64,000 nucleotides of DNA from Podarcis muralis. Its lineage: Eukaryota. The notes under the pieces are model-generated. The model made no database searches. It had not been told where the DNA came from and saw only the letters and a program-made list of their open reading frames with translations. This document shows positions 26,501-37,370 of this stretch, one piece after another (the first letter of the stretch is position 1; each line of letters starts with the position of its first letter). The translations under genes and the position numbers were made by a program. Location of the stretch: positions 8,804,001 through 8,868,000 of the forward strand of contig NC_135667.1 in the NCBI RefSeq assembly GCF_964188315.1, written 5' to 3'.

Positions 26501-27797
26501 GAAATAATTGAAAAAACTGGAGACAATTGGAGGTTGCAGAGCCAGGAGAAATTAAAAAATAAGGTGCGAGACTGGCTACACTATGCTCAAATTCAAGAGG
26601 TGTTTAAAATAGATAAAAAAGTTGGTTTCCAGGTGGAAAAATCGAAATTAGAGACGGAACTGTTAGAACCAAAAACTAAGATACTCTCTAGAATGTACAA
26701 CTTGCTGCTTAAATGGAACACACAGGATGAGACAGTAAAATCCGCCATGATAAAGTGGGCACAGGACATTGGGCACAACATTATTTTTGAGGACTGGGAA
26801 AGGTTATGGAACACCGGAATGAAGTTCACGGCATGTAATGCCTTGAAGGAAAACATTATGAAAATGATATACCGGTGGTACATGACCCCAGTCAAGCTTG
26901 CTAAGATATACCACTTGTCTGACAATAAATGCTGGAAATGTAAGGAGGCTGAAGGGACATTCTTTCACCTCTGGTGGACCTGCCCAAAAGTGAAGGCCTT
27001 CTGGGAAATGATTTACAATGAGCTAAAAAAGGTATTTAGGTATACCTTTCCCAAGAAACCAGAGGCCTTCCTCCTGGGCATGGTAGACCAGAAAGTGTTA
27101 AAGAAGGATAGAACTTTGTTTATGTATGCTACTACAGCAGCAAGAATTCTCATTGCAAAGCACTGGAAGACACCAGATTTACCCACGCTGGAAGAATGGC
27201 AGACGCAGTTGATGGACTACATGGAACTGGCTGAAATGACTGGCAGAATCCGAGATTTGGGAGAGGAAATAATGGAGGAGGACTGGAAAAAATTTAAGGA
27301 CTATTTGCGAAAACATTATAAGTTGTATGAATGTTAAGAATGTGTACGATTAGGAAACTATTGCTTCAGCAACTTGAATAGGTGAATTGGAACCTAAGTT
27401 ATAAGAAAGATGAGGTGGACAACATGAAGTAACCATACTATGTTTATTTTTAAGGCACAAATAACTGAGATACAGTATTTTGAATTTAGAAACATAGTAT
27501 TTGAAAGATACAGTAAGACATGAAATAAGGTAACAAATTGCTGATGTTTTAATTGCAAAGAACGCAGGATTCGGAAGATGTGGGGAAGTCTGGTTGGAAC
27601 GGTTAAAGTATTTTGGAAAGTTGGTTTCTATATATTTTTTTCTTTTTCTTATCTTCATTCTTTACTCTTTTCTGTAAATTTCTGACTATTTGAAAGAAAA
27701 TTTAATAAAATATTTAAAAAAAAACACAAAAGATAAAACTCAGCTCACATTGCAAGGAAGCAGCCAGCACAATGAGTACTGGCAAGAAGGACAGCGT
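23589..27797 (-). pseudogene. IGHV: Immunoglobulin heavy-chain-like V segment V1 (leader 27797-27749, V exon 23892-23589); probably non-functional (ACG start, L1 in intron)
   Basis: V exon open with C23, WVRQKPG and EDTALYYC hallmarks; leader (ACG)LSFLPVLIVLAASLQ then GTGAG donor; TATCAG acceptor; 23-RSS; upstream octamer-like motif. Confidence 0.85.
24005..27726 (+). mobile_element. 5'-truncated L1-clade LINE, open 1110-aa ORF2 (partial APE endonuclease, RT, CCHC)
   Basis: GDMN, RIDQIW and SDH endonuclease motifs; KSPGPDG; FADD; CWKC..H..W.C; AATAAA and A-rich tail; 19-bp TSD CAAAAGATAAAACTCAGCT at 23986-24004 and 27727-27745. Confidence 0.95.
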
Positions 27798-27880
27798 AGT
27801 GAAGGAATGGTCAGGATTTCAAGAGATCTGTGTAAAAATGGAGGTTTTGAGGTTTAAATAGGAACAAACGGCACCCTTAG

Positions 27881-27888
27881 CTTTGCAT
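27881..27888 (-). promoter_or_regulatory. Octamer-like motif ATGCAAAG of the V1 promoter
   Basis: About 85 bp upstream of the leader with a TATTTAAA box between; 1 mismatch to the IgH octamer ATGCAAAT; same 15-mer context upstream of V3. Confidence 0.65.
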
Positions 27889-28154
27889 AAATTGCTCAGC
27901 CCAAGGCAACACAGTATTATTGTGGTTCCAAGATCTCTCATGAGAATCAAAGAATCCCCTACAGCAATCTTTTCTCTTTTTTTGGTCTTGTTAGAAAGTG
28001 GAAGGAGTACTGGTTCTATGTTTTGTGGGGCCCTCAAGCACAATGGGCCCAGTGCTCCTATCCCCATTATCACACACTGACTCTCCCTCTGTCATTGGAG
28101 CCAATTCCCACCACTAACTGGTGACAGTAGTATGAGAAGGAAGACGTTCTTGGC

Positions 28155-28290
28155 CAGGCATCCCCAAATTCGGCCCTCCAGATGTTTTGGGACTACAACT
28201 CCCATCATCCCTGACCACTGGTCCTGTTAGCTAGGGATGATGAGGGTTGTAGTCCCAAAACATCTGGAGGGCCAAGTTTGGGGATGCCTG
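28155..28290. mobile_element. Palindromic hAT-type MITE
   Basis: CAGGCATCCCCAAA...TTTGGGGATGCCTG fold-back; 8-bp TSD TTCTTGGC / TTCTAGGC. Confidence 0.8.
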
Positions 28291-28727
28291 TTCTAGGCAG
28301 TAAAGCCAACTTTTGAGGTCAGCCCTGAGCAGAGGCTCGTAGCTGACATGCAGCTTAGCTAATTGCTTTGTACCCAATTTAAGTTACTTGTTCTATGGTT
28401 CCATTTCAGTATTACCTCTACTCTACCCTGCAGTCCGTATTTTGAGCTCTGTGGCCTCAGTCCCAAGTTGAGCTAATAAGGTTCATGGTAGGGGATGCTC
28501 CTGTCCCGTCTTATACTTGCAGCCACCTGAGTCTTTCTAAAGGGTTGGCAGCTCTGTAGGATGTGCTCATTGGAGAGCAGCATGGGAGAAGGCCCTGGAA
28601 ACTCTCCTTCCACAAACTTCTTTACGTTATCTGATCTAAGTTTCCATGCCAAAGCCTTAATGGAAAAGGTTTGACCCAATTCAAGTGACTTGTTCTACAA
28701 GTGTATTTCTGTATTTTATTTCAGGTT

Positions 28728-30490
28728 TCTTCCATCATAGTAACTATCATACATGTGGAATCCAAGTGTAACATTGGGCAATATCTCAGATTTTTTGTTG
28801 ATTTCGTTTACGGTAAATGCCAAGGCAAGTATGTGCTGGTAGAATTTTGTTGCTACACTACCAACAGAATCAATGTTAGCATTTCATGAGAGAAGTACAC
28901 AATTCATAAAGTTTCAAAACTACTACATTGATCATTTTTGTATGTAAATTATTTAGGGTAAAAAACCCCTATTCTTTTATACATTAATGATTTTTTCTGA
29001 GTTAATAAAGTCCTTTCTTTTGGGGCCAAAAATAAGTTATGCTGTGTGTGACTCCTTATATTAATGCTTGATATTTTACCTGTTTAAGAAACAGTTCCCC
29101 TCATCCTCAAGATGTATATTTGCACGCACTAGGATTTCACCTCCATCAATCTGCTGATACACTCATCAGCAGGTTGATGAAGGTGAAATCCTAGTGGGTG
29201 CAGATATACAGTTTGAGGATGAGGGGATATAACAAAGAATTGTTGCACTCGGAGGACCCAAAGTCCTTGTGCAACAATACTTCATTATATACAGTAGCAG
29301 TAAATGTTTTGTTAATTTCACTTTGTTGTAAAGGAATCTACAGAAACTGGGGGAAATAGTTTTATCTCACTCACCATTTCTAGATACTTGACTATTACCT
29401 CCTAACATTTCTGTTAACCTTAAGAACAGAATGAAGTAACTCCCCCAAACTGTTCTTAATTAGGAAGATAGAAAAATGCCTTATTCTGAATCAAGCCATG
29501 AGTCTAGATCTACTTTTCAAGTCACATAGATTTGTCCTCAACTACGACTGTGACACACAGAAAAACCTCATAGCTATCATTGGTGGATGTGGCTCTGATA
29601 CCTCTTCCCTCATGGCAGACATTTTAGGTCTCTTCAAGGTTCCTCAGGTAGGACTTGTTAATGGGGTGCTGGGGTGTTTTCACAAACAACTCTATTCTCT
29701 TCTAATTTTTGTTGTGATTTTGTGCTTCAGGAGGAAGAAGGAAAACAATCCTCCAGTTGCATTACCAGGTTCTGAGAAAAATCAGTTAGGAAAGTACTTG
29801 ATGGCAGTTCTAACTGAACCAATAAACAGATTCAACAAATTTTGGTTGAATAAATAGATGCATGCTCATGGAGAATGCTCTCAATTTTCATTCCTATATC
29901 TGCACATTTTTTAAGAGAGAAAAGCTGGCATATATATTTCATTTCCACCAAAGGAGAGCAATACAAATGATGTCATTTCCTTCTTCCAATATATGGCAAA
30001 TGAATTACAGTGGTACCTCGCAAGACGAATGCCTCGCAAGACAAAAAACTCGCTAGACGAAAGGTTTTTCTGTTTGCGAGTTGCCTCGCAAGACAAATTT
30101 CCCTATGGGCTTGCTTTGCAAGACGAAAACGTCTCGCGACTTTGTTTCCTTTGTCTAAATAATAATTCGCAAGACGAAAAATTCGCTAGACGACAAAACT
30201 TGTGGAACGAATTAATTTCGTCTTGTGGGGCACCACTGTATATCAGTTCATTGTGACCCATGAAGTGTTTTGGGTGGAGGAGGATTGGTCTCTTTGTGGT
30301 CAACAATATTGATGCAGAATATTTCTTACACATTGAAGTATCATTAATTTTCCAGAATGGGATCTATTCAGCAAGCAGTGAAAAATTCACAGACTTACTC
30401 CATATGGACAGCATACATAAAATTAGTGCTATAACTCCATGGTACACTTTTGTACCATTCACATAACAATAAAACTAGGACATTTACCTG
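28728..30490. pseudogene. Rearranged V2R pseudogene: exon 2 5' half inverted (28857-28728, minus), exon 2 3' half on + (29503-29647), then decayed exon-3-like relic
   Basis: Minus strand gives [20 protein letters not shown]...[10 protein letters not shown]; + strand gives [10 protein letters not shown]...GLFKVPQ/GT; flanks align with gene 5 intron 1 and intron 2. Confidence 0.85.
30008..30238. mobile_element. Tc1/mariner-type MITE (second family)
   Basis: TIR CAGTGGTACCTCGCAAGACGAA / TTCGTCTTGTGGGGCACCACTG, TA on both sides, internal CGCAAGACGAA repeats. Confidence 0.8.
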
Positions 30491-30672
30491 ACTGCAATCT
30501 CCATCTTTCCCCCATCCTGAGTAGCATAAGGAAGGCTACCTTACATTTGTTTGAATGCCGCTCCCTATTAACAACAAACTGATTAATATACTTCGATTGA
30601 ATTGCTTGATACTGCGACAGTGCAAAAGAACATGCACGACTGATTCTCTTTGTCTCTGTCCACAAGAGCATA

Positions 30673-30710
30673 GTATGAGCTTTCGTGTGCATGCACACTT
30701 CTTCAGATAC
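30673..30710 (-). ncRNA. Minimal type I hammerhead ribozyme motif (tandem copy 30783-30820)
   Basis: GUAU-CUGAAGA-A-GUGUG(CAUG)CACAC-GAAA-GCUC/AUAC: full catalytic core, stem II, palindromic AGCU stem III, 4-bp stem I. Confidence 0.72.
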
Positions 30711-30934
30711 ACTGTCTGCCATAGTCAAAACAAAAAAAATTCCTTCCAGTAGCACCTTAAAGACCAACTAAGTTAGTTCTTGGTATGAGCTTTCGTGTGC
30801 ATGCACACTTCTTCAGATACACTGAATGCACACGAAAGCTCATACCAAGAACTAACTTAGTTGGTCTTTAAGGTGCTACTGGAAGGAATTTTTTTTGTTT
30901 TGACTATGGCAGACCAACACGGCTACCCATCTGT
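30675..30934 (-). mobile_element. Non-autonomous Penelope-like mini-element made of pseudo-LTR pieces
   Basis: 14-bp TSD CACAAGAGCATAGT (30661-30674, 30935-30948); 41-bp direct repeat and 89-bp perfect inverted repeat; hammerhead motifs. Confidence 0.7.
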
Positions 30935-31419
30935 CACAAGAGCATAGTCTCTCCAAGAGTGATTTTTTTGGGAATCTCCCCTGTGGTATTGCCAAAGGTA
31001 GCACAATCAGTCTTGCTAGCATATATGCCCTATGCTGATTTGGGTTGGTCGAATGGGAGAGATAGGTCACGATTGGCTGTCCACAATCCACAGACTTGCA
31101 CAGCTGCTATTCCTGATTCAGCTACTAAATTCTTGGAATTTGTTGTCGAACAATCTGCATTTGATTATCTCAAACATAGAATTTTCTGATAAGCAGTACA
31201 GGGTGTCTATTGAGGTTCCTATCTGTTTAATTTTATTCTCAATCCCTCTTAACCATCCTGATGTTTGGTATTCAGCTATCATTTCCGTAACCAGACTGTT
31301 AGATTTAACTCTATAATGCAGCCATGAGCAGAACTTAAATATCAGCAGCCTTGCTTTTGTTACTAAAATTTTTTGGTTTGTTTTAGGCATAGGGCAGTGT
31401 AGGGAATGTAATTTGGTAC

Positions 31420-31420
<1 letters not shown>

Positions 31421-31479
<59 letters not shown>

Positions 31480-31480
31480 A
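31421..31480. repeat. (AAAG)n microsatellite; others: (AAT)n about 35100-35150 and 55651-55697, (TTA)n about 41207-41250, (GTT)n about 46803-46830, (TA)n 60837-60873 and 62619-62647
   Basis: Direct reading of the sequence. Confidence 0.95.
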
Positions 31481-32798
31481 CTTGAGGGGAAAGTGATTGA
31501 AGTCTTTTAGTAGCCTGATTGAAGGCATTTATCCATACTGGTATCCGATATAGCGGTTGGCATGAAACACCCTCGGACTGCTGGAACATACTGGCTCCTT
31601 TAGAATAATAGAAATGAGTGATCACTGACACACTACTTTTAGTATTTTTAGGCACTTCCATCAGCACTGTATTGCAACCTTTGGCAAATTGTAAATAAAG
31701 CCGGTGGGGTGCAATTCACAGTGTTTCAAAATGAAGAGTGTTTAGAGTTATATATTTAAGTAATGTTTATTTAGAATAAAACCATTACCTTATTCTGGAT
31801 GTAGAAAGTATACAAATGATCAATACAAAAAATTCTGCAAAGCTCTGGGTTAGGGTGCAGGAGTAAGGAACATGAAACAAAGAAGTTTCAAGGCTCTACC
31901 CTCTGGAAAAAAGAGAACATTGACCGGTTATTCACAAAAGGGGTTCAGAGTTGTCTAGCTCTTCTCTCCAAACTGCCAATCCTTTGCAGAAATGAACATT
32001 TTGAGGCCCACAAGCAAATTGGGAAATCTGAGAAACTGTCATAGACAGCAAAAAAATTCTCAGTGTGCATTTTAATGCTGCCATATATTCCCTTAGAATT
32101 CTTTTAAAACTTCTCAGTCAAATGGTAATAGACTGAAATGTGAGATTGACACCACCACTCCAGACAAAACAATATATGAGCAGGTTGTTTTTGTTTGTTT
32201 GTAACTGGTTTAATGGATGGTATCCATCTTGGGAGACAATGGAGAAGTGCACCCTTGAGGGTAAAGTCAAACTTTTGGAAGGTATAATCTGCTCACAGAG
32301 CCAACCTATCACATCATATCCTATTAAGGAGCAAAAGGGGCATGTGGTTGCTGTGTGAATAATATGTTTGTTTTTGAAAGTGCCTCTCTGCTTGGAGCCC
32401 AAACTTTGCAGAAGTAATTATCTCCTCCTGCAATTATCATAATCAGTATATTCATTTAACCGGTTAATTTCCTAAAGGTTTTCCAGAAGACACTAGAATA
32501 CAAGGAAGAAACAACACTGAACATTGTTAGAAATAACCAGTAGTGCAAGTAAGACGTCAGACAAGGGGCAAGAGGCAGGCAGTGCTCTGTTAGTTTTACC
32601 TTTGATATTTTCCATTTTATTCATACTCACCAGGTTTAATTTAGGAACTCTGCTGCTCTCAGCTATTCAAGACATTAATTTCTATCTCTCTTGATGCAAA
32701 AGAAATGCTTAAATGTCTTTAGAGGCGTGTAGCAGGTTCACTGACAACCAATTTAGCCTGTTTCTATCAGGTAGTTACTGAGATTGACAGATCTCAGG

Positions 32799-35104
32799 AT
32801 GCTGCAGCTACTGATGATATATTTTCTGCTTCTGTTGGAATGTAAAGTAGACGCTATAAAATGCCCCCTGAATAAGCCTTCTGTTTTACATGAGTGGAAT
32901 CAGCAAGGTAGCCTCCTCATTGGTGGGATGGCTTCTCAGATAATCTACTATTTTAATGAACGACATTTTCATGAGCATCCTTCTAATGAGTTGTTTCAAT
33001 TTCCAAAGTAAGAAATTCTCTTCTTTCTGCATCTTTGTGTTTTGGAGATATATTTCAGGCTTTACAAAAAATATCACAATTGGGGAAAATTTGTAATACA
33101 AATCTTTGAGCAAATGAAAGGGTATGTAAAAGGGCTCTGAATAATCTCATAGTTTAACAGAATTGTTCTTGCTTTTTAAAAAATAAGATAAATATATGTG
33201 TTGTGATAGGACAATATCCAGGGCACAGGGGTATTTCTGATGGTATTTGTCTCAAACATCAGTGCTAAAAAGGATCTGGTAAAGCTGATCCACTTTGCTG
33301 AGCATTTACTATTCACATATTAATAAGCGAGAGATGTCAATGTAATCATGAGATCTCCAATTTTTGTTGCCAGGCAAACAAGTTGCTTGTGCCATACTCA
33401 TGTGTTATCAACCATTGTATTAGCCATTGCATATATGTTGCCATAAGCACATGTTGAAGTGAGTGGTTAGCTCAGTTGGTTAGAAAGTGGTGCTGATAAT
33501 GCCAAGGTTGTGGGTTCAATCCCAGTCTGGGCAAGCTGCATATTCCTGCGTTGAAGGGGTTGGACGAGATTATCTTCCATGTACCTTCCAACTCTACAAT
33601 TCTGTGATTCAATTATAATGCTCAGGGAAAGCATGGATTGCTCTTAATTGCTAAGGATGCTGTACTAATACTGAATTAAGAAGGGCTGTAAGACTTGGCA
33701 TTTTCGTTTCCAGGTAGGGCTAGAAATGTATCTGCCTGATAGCCTTATGTTCCATCCACTGAAAATGCTTGTTGTTCAGAAGCCAAAGACCTGTATTGGA
33801 GGGAGCTAGACTAGAAGATCCTCCAGGTCCCTTCCAACTCAACAGTTCTATGATTCTATGTATTCTGTCGGCAGCATGGTGACAAAATTCTACCAGCATG
33901 TCCTTGCCTTGGCATTTGCCATAAATGAGATCAATGAGAACCCCAAGATTTTACCCAATGCTACACTTGGATTCCATATTCATGACAGCTACTATGATGC
34001 ACGAGTGACCTATCTTGCTACTCTAGATATGCTCTTCAAATCACATATATTTGTCCCCAACTACAACTGTGATACACGGAAAAAAGTCATAGCTGTCATT
34101 GGTGGACTTGGTTCTGATACCTCTTCCCTTATGGCGGACATTTTAGGTCTCTTCAAGATACCACAGGTAAGATGTATGAATGGGGTGTTGGTATTTTCAG
34201 GGAAAACAAACTATTGTCTTGTGTCGTTCTTACAGTGATTTTGTCCTTCAGATAGAGGGGAGAATATGTGTGTGAGTGAGAAATCTCCTAATAGACTTAC
34301 CAGATACAGTGGTACCTCGGGTTAAGTACTTAATTCGTTCTGGAGGTCCGTACTTAACCTGAATCTGTTCTTAACCTGAAGCACCACTTTAGCTAATGGG
34401 GCCTCCTGCTGCTGCCGTGCCGCCGGAGCACAATTTCTGTTCTCATCCTGAAGCAAAGTTCTTAACCTGAAGCACTATTTCTGGGTTAGCAGAGTCTGTA
34501 ACCTGAAGCGTATATAACCTGAAGCGTATGTAACCTGAGGTACCATTGTATTGATAAAATCCTGTTTGATGAATCATTGACTCTTATTGACCCAAGACAT
34601 TGCCCCAAAACATATGTTTTGAATAAAACATAGACATTTTCACAGACAAAGCTCCCAATCTGCCTGCCCAATATATGCACTTTTAAAAACTTTCATTTCC
34701 TGCACAGAAGGAGGATAACATTCTGGTTCTTTCTTTTTTCAGCATGGTACCCAAGGGATACTATCAAGATGTAGCCTTCATTATTTAGAGACGTAAACTA
34801 GCACATTTCAATAAAGACTTCCCCTCCAGAACAAAGGGCAAACTGACCTTCCACATATATTAATAAATTGGTTTTATAAATACAGTGGAGCAAAAGCATA
34901 TCCCACTCATCCACAAGAGTAAATTTAGCAGCCTAGTTAATAGTAAGTATATCATTGTTTGTAAGCAATTTATGTATTTAATCCAGGAGAGGTCTGTTTG
35001 ACAAGACATTGAAGATAGTGATAATAAATTTATGTCTTGGATCCTCATACGAGGGAGAGCTTAGCTGATAGCCTGCTAGTATATATAAATTCAATAAATA
35101 ATAA

Positions 35105-35150
<46 letters not shown>

Positions 35151-37308
35151 GTGCAATATATCTTTAACTTCACTGGGCTCTCAAATAATAATTTTTGTAG
35201 TTTGGGACACTGTTAAATGCCACATACAAGTAAACAGGAGGGATAAAATGAAGCCACAGAGTTGTCAATGATTTTTTTAAAAGACCTGCAGGAAGCAACT
35301 TTGTAAAATAAAGCTCCACAAAAAATGTCATTTTATATAATGGATAGTAAAACAACTGTTTTAAAACAGTTTTAAAAACAACTGTACTTTAACCAGTTAA
35401 TACATCAAAGGCATCAAAAAGAAGCAAGTAAGATACTACTAGAATGAACAAGAACTTGTAAGTACAAATAGCATTACAGCAGATTAAAGGCAACCTAAGT
35501 TTGAATATTATCATTAAACATATGATTGCAAAATATTACAAAAATACAAAATTTTACATATATTTATTAGGTTGATTTATACAAATTCTACCCATTCAAA
35601 GTCTGGAGGGGGTACACCCCCACACTTCTTATAAATCATTATTCTTACAACTTTTAAAATAATGAAATCTATTTTGAAACCATTCACCAAAATAACATTC
35701 TTCAAATAATGAAAAAGAAAACTTAAGGTTGTAAAGGTACAAGCTATTCCAATTTCACAGAATGAATCTGTTCATACCCTAGAAGATGGAGAACTTGACA
35801 TTAGTGCTATAGCCCCATGTTCCATCCACTGAAAATAAAAGCCAATGCATTTATCATTGCAAGAGAGTCTTCAGCAATGTCTGTGCATTTTCTTGTAGCT
35901 CACCTATGGCTCCTTTCCCACAGAGGAAAGCGATACAGGTCACATCCATTCCTACTACAACATGGTCCCAAATGAAGCCTATCAGTACAAGGGGATTATC
36001 AGTTTACTGAGGCATTTCAGGTGGAACTGGGTGGGGCTCTTTGTTGTAGATGATGAGAGTGGAGGATATTTTCTGAAGACATTGGAGCCATTACTTTCCC
36101 AGCATGGTATCTGTTCAGCTTTCACGCAAAGAATCCCACCGGAAGCACGTTTGGATGACATTGACCACATTATCGACATAATCTCACACAATTATGTAGA
36201 TTTCACAGATAACAAAGCCAATACATTCATCATCTATGGAGAGTCTATGACAATGGTATGGCTGAGAAATATTATGTTTGTACGAGATCCTGAAAGTAAG
36301 GAAACTGCATCATTTAGAAAGGTGTGGATCATGACAACTCAAATTGATTTATTATTATCAGGCACTCAAAAGGGTTGGGATCTTCAGTTGTTCCAAGGTT
36401 CAATTGCCTTTACAATTCACTCACAGTATGTTCCAGCATTCACGGAATATCTTCAGAAAGTTAGACCTTACTGGACTGAAGGAGATGGATTTGTCAATGA
36501 TTTTTGGGAGCAAGCATTTGATTGTTCATTTACAAATCCCGATGGACCGGCAAATGACATTGAAAGATGTACTGGGAAGGAGAAGCTGGAAAGTCTTCCT
36601 GGTCCTCAGTTTGAGATGCTCCTGAGTGGCCACAGCTACAGTATCTATAATGCAGTGTATGCCGTAACTCATGCATTGCATGTTGTTTACTCAGCTAGAA
36701 CCAAGCACAGAGCAATGGCTGGTTGGGAGAAATTTGAACTTCAAGATCTGCAGCCATGGCAGGTAATTTCATCACACCTCTTTTATAATAATATTTATTT
36801 TTCATACATAAACATAACGGAAAAAGAAAAAGTTGACAATAATAAAGGAGAAAGAATAAAAAAGAAAAAAAGAAAAAAGAATATGAAACATACAATACAA
36901 CAGATCATCACTTGACTAACAATTAATTAATTAAAATCCATCTTCATAAACATATTATTTGGCTTCCTCAAATATCTTCCATCTGAATTTCTTAGTAATT
37001 ATATATAGCAGTTTCCAATATCATTATTTCATAAACCATATCACAGTCATAATCATATTTCCTTACTTTTCTTTTTGTACATTTTCTTCTTTATATATTT
37101 AATCCCAATTTAATCCTAGCCCTAATTGATTCTTTCAAGGGATTACATATCTTTAATGTTATAATATTTATTCAAATAGTCTTTGAATTTCTTCCAATCT
37201 TCTTGGTGTTCCTTTTCTTCCTGGTCACGGATTCTCCCGGTGAGATCAGCCAGCTCCATAAACTCCATCATCTTCACCTGCCATTCTTCTACCGTTTCTC
37301 TCTCTCAA

Positions 37309-37370
<62 letters not shown>

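Noticed and set aside
30008-30238. Short spaced repeats (CGCAAGACGAA; CTTCAGGTTA in other MITEs) resembling an array
   Set aside because: Internal sub-terminal repeats of mariner-type MITEs with irregular spacing; not a CRISPR array, and no cas genes in this vertebrate DNA.
30959-31189. 76-aa ORF next to the Penelope mini-element as its coding region
   Set aside because: It lies outside the TSD and shows no RT or GIY-YIG motifs.
31490-31740. Faint V-domain-like words on the minus strand (LQYSADGSA, VPAVRGCF)
   Set aside because: Multiple stops, no YYC, no RSS and no leader; not supportable without a profile search.
33461-33535. Functional tRNA-Ile gene
   Set aside because: Acceptor and D/T stems are degraded and it is fused to a CR1-like tail, so it is a SINE-like repeat.
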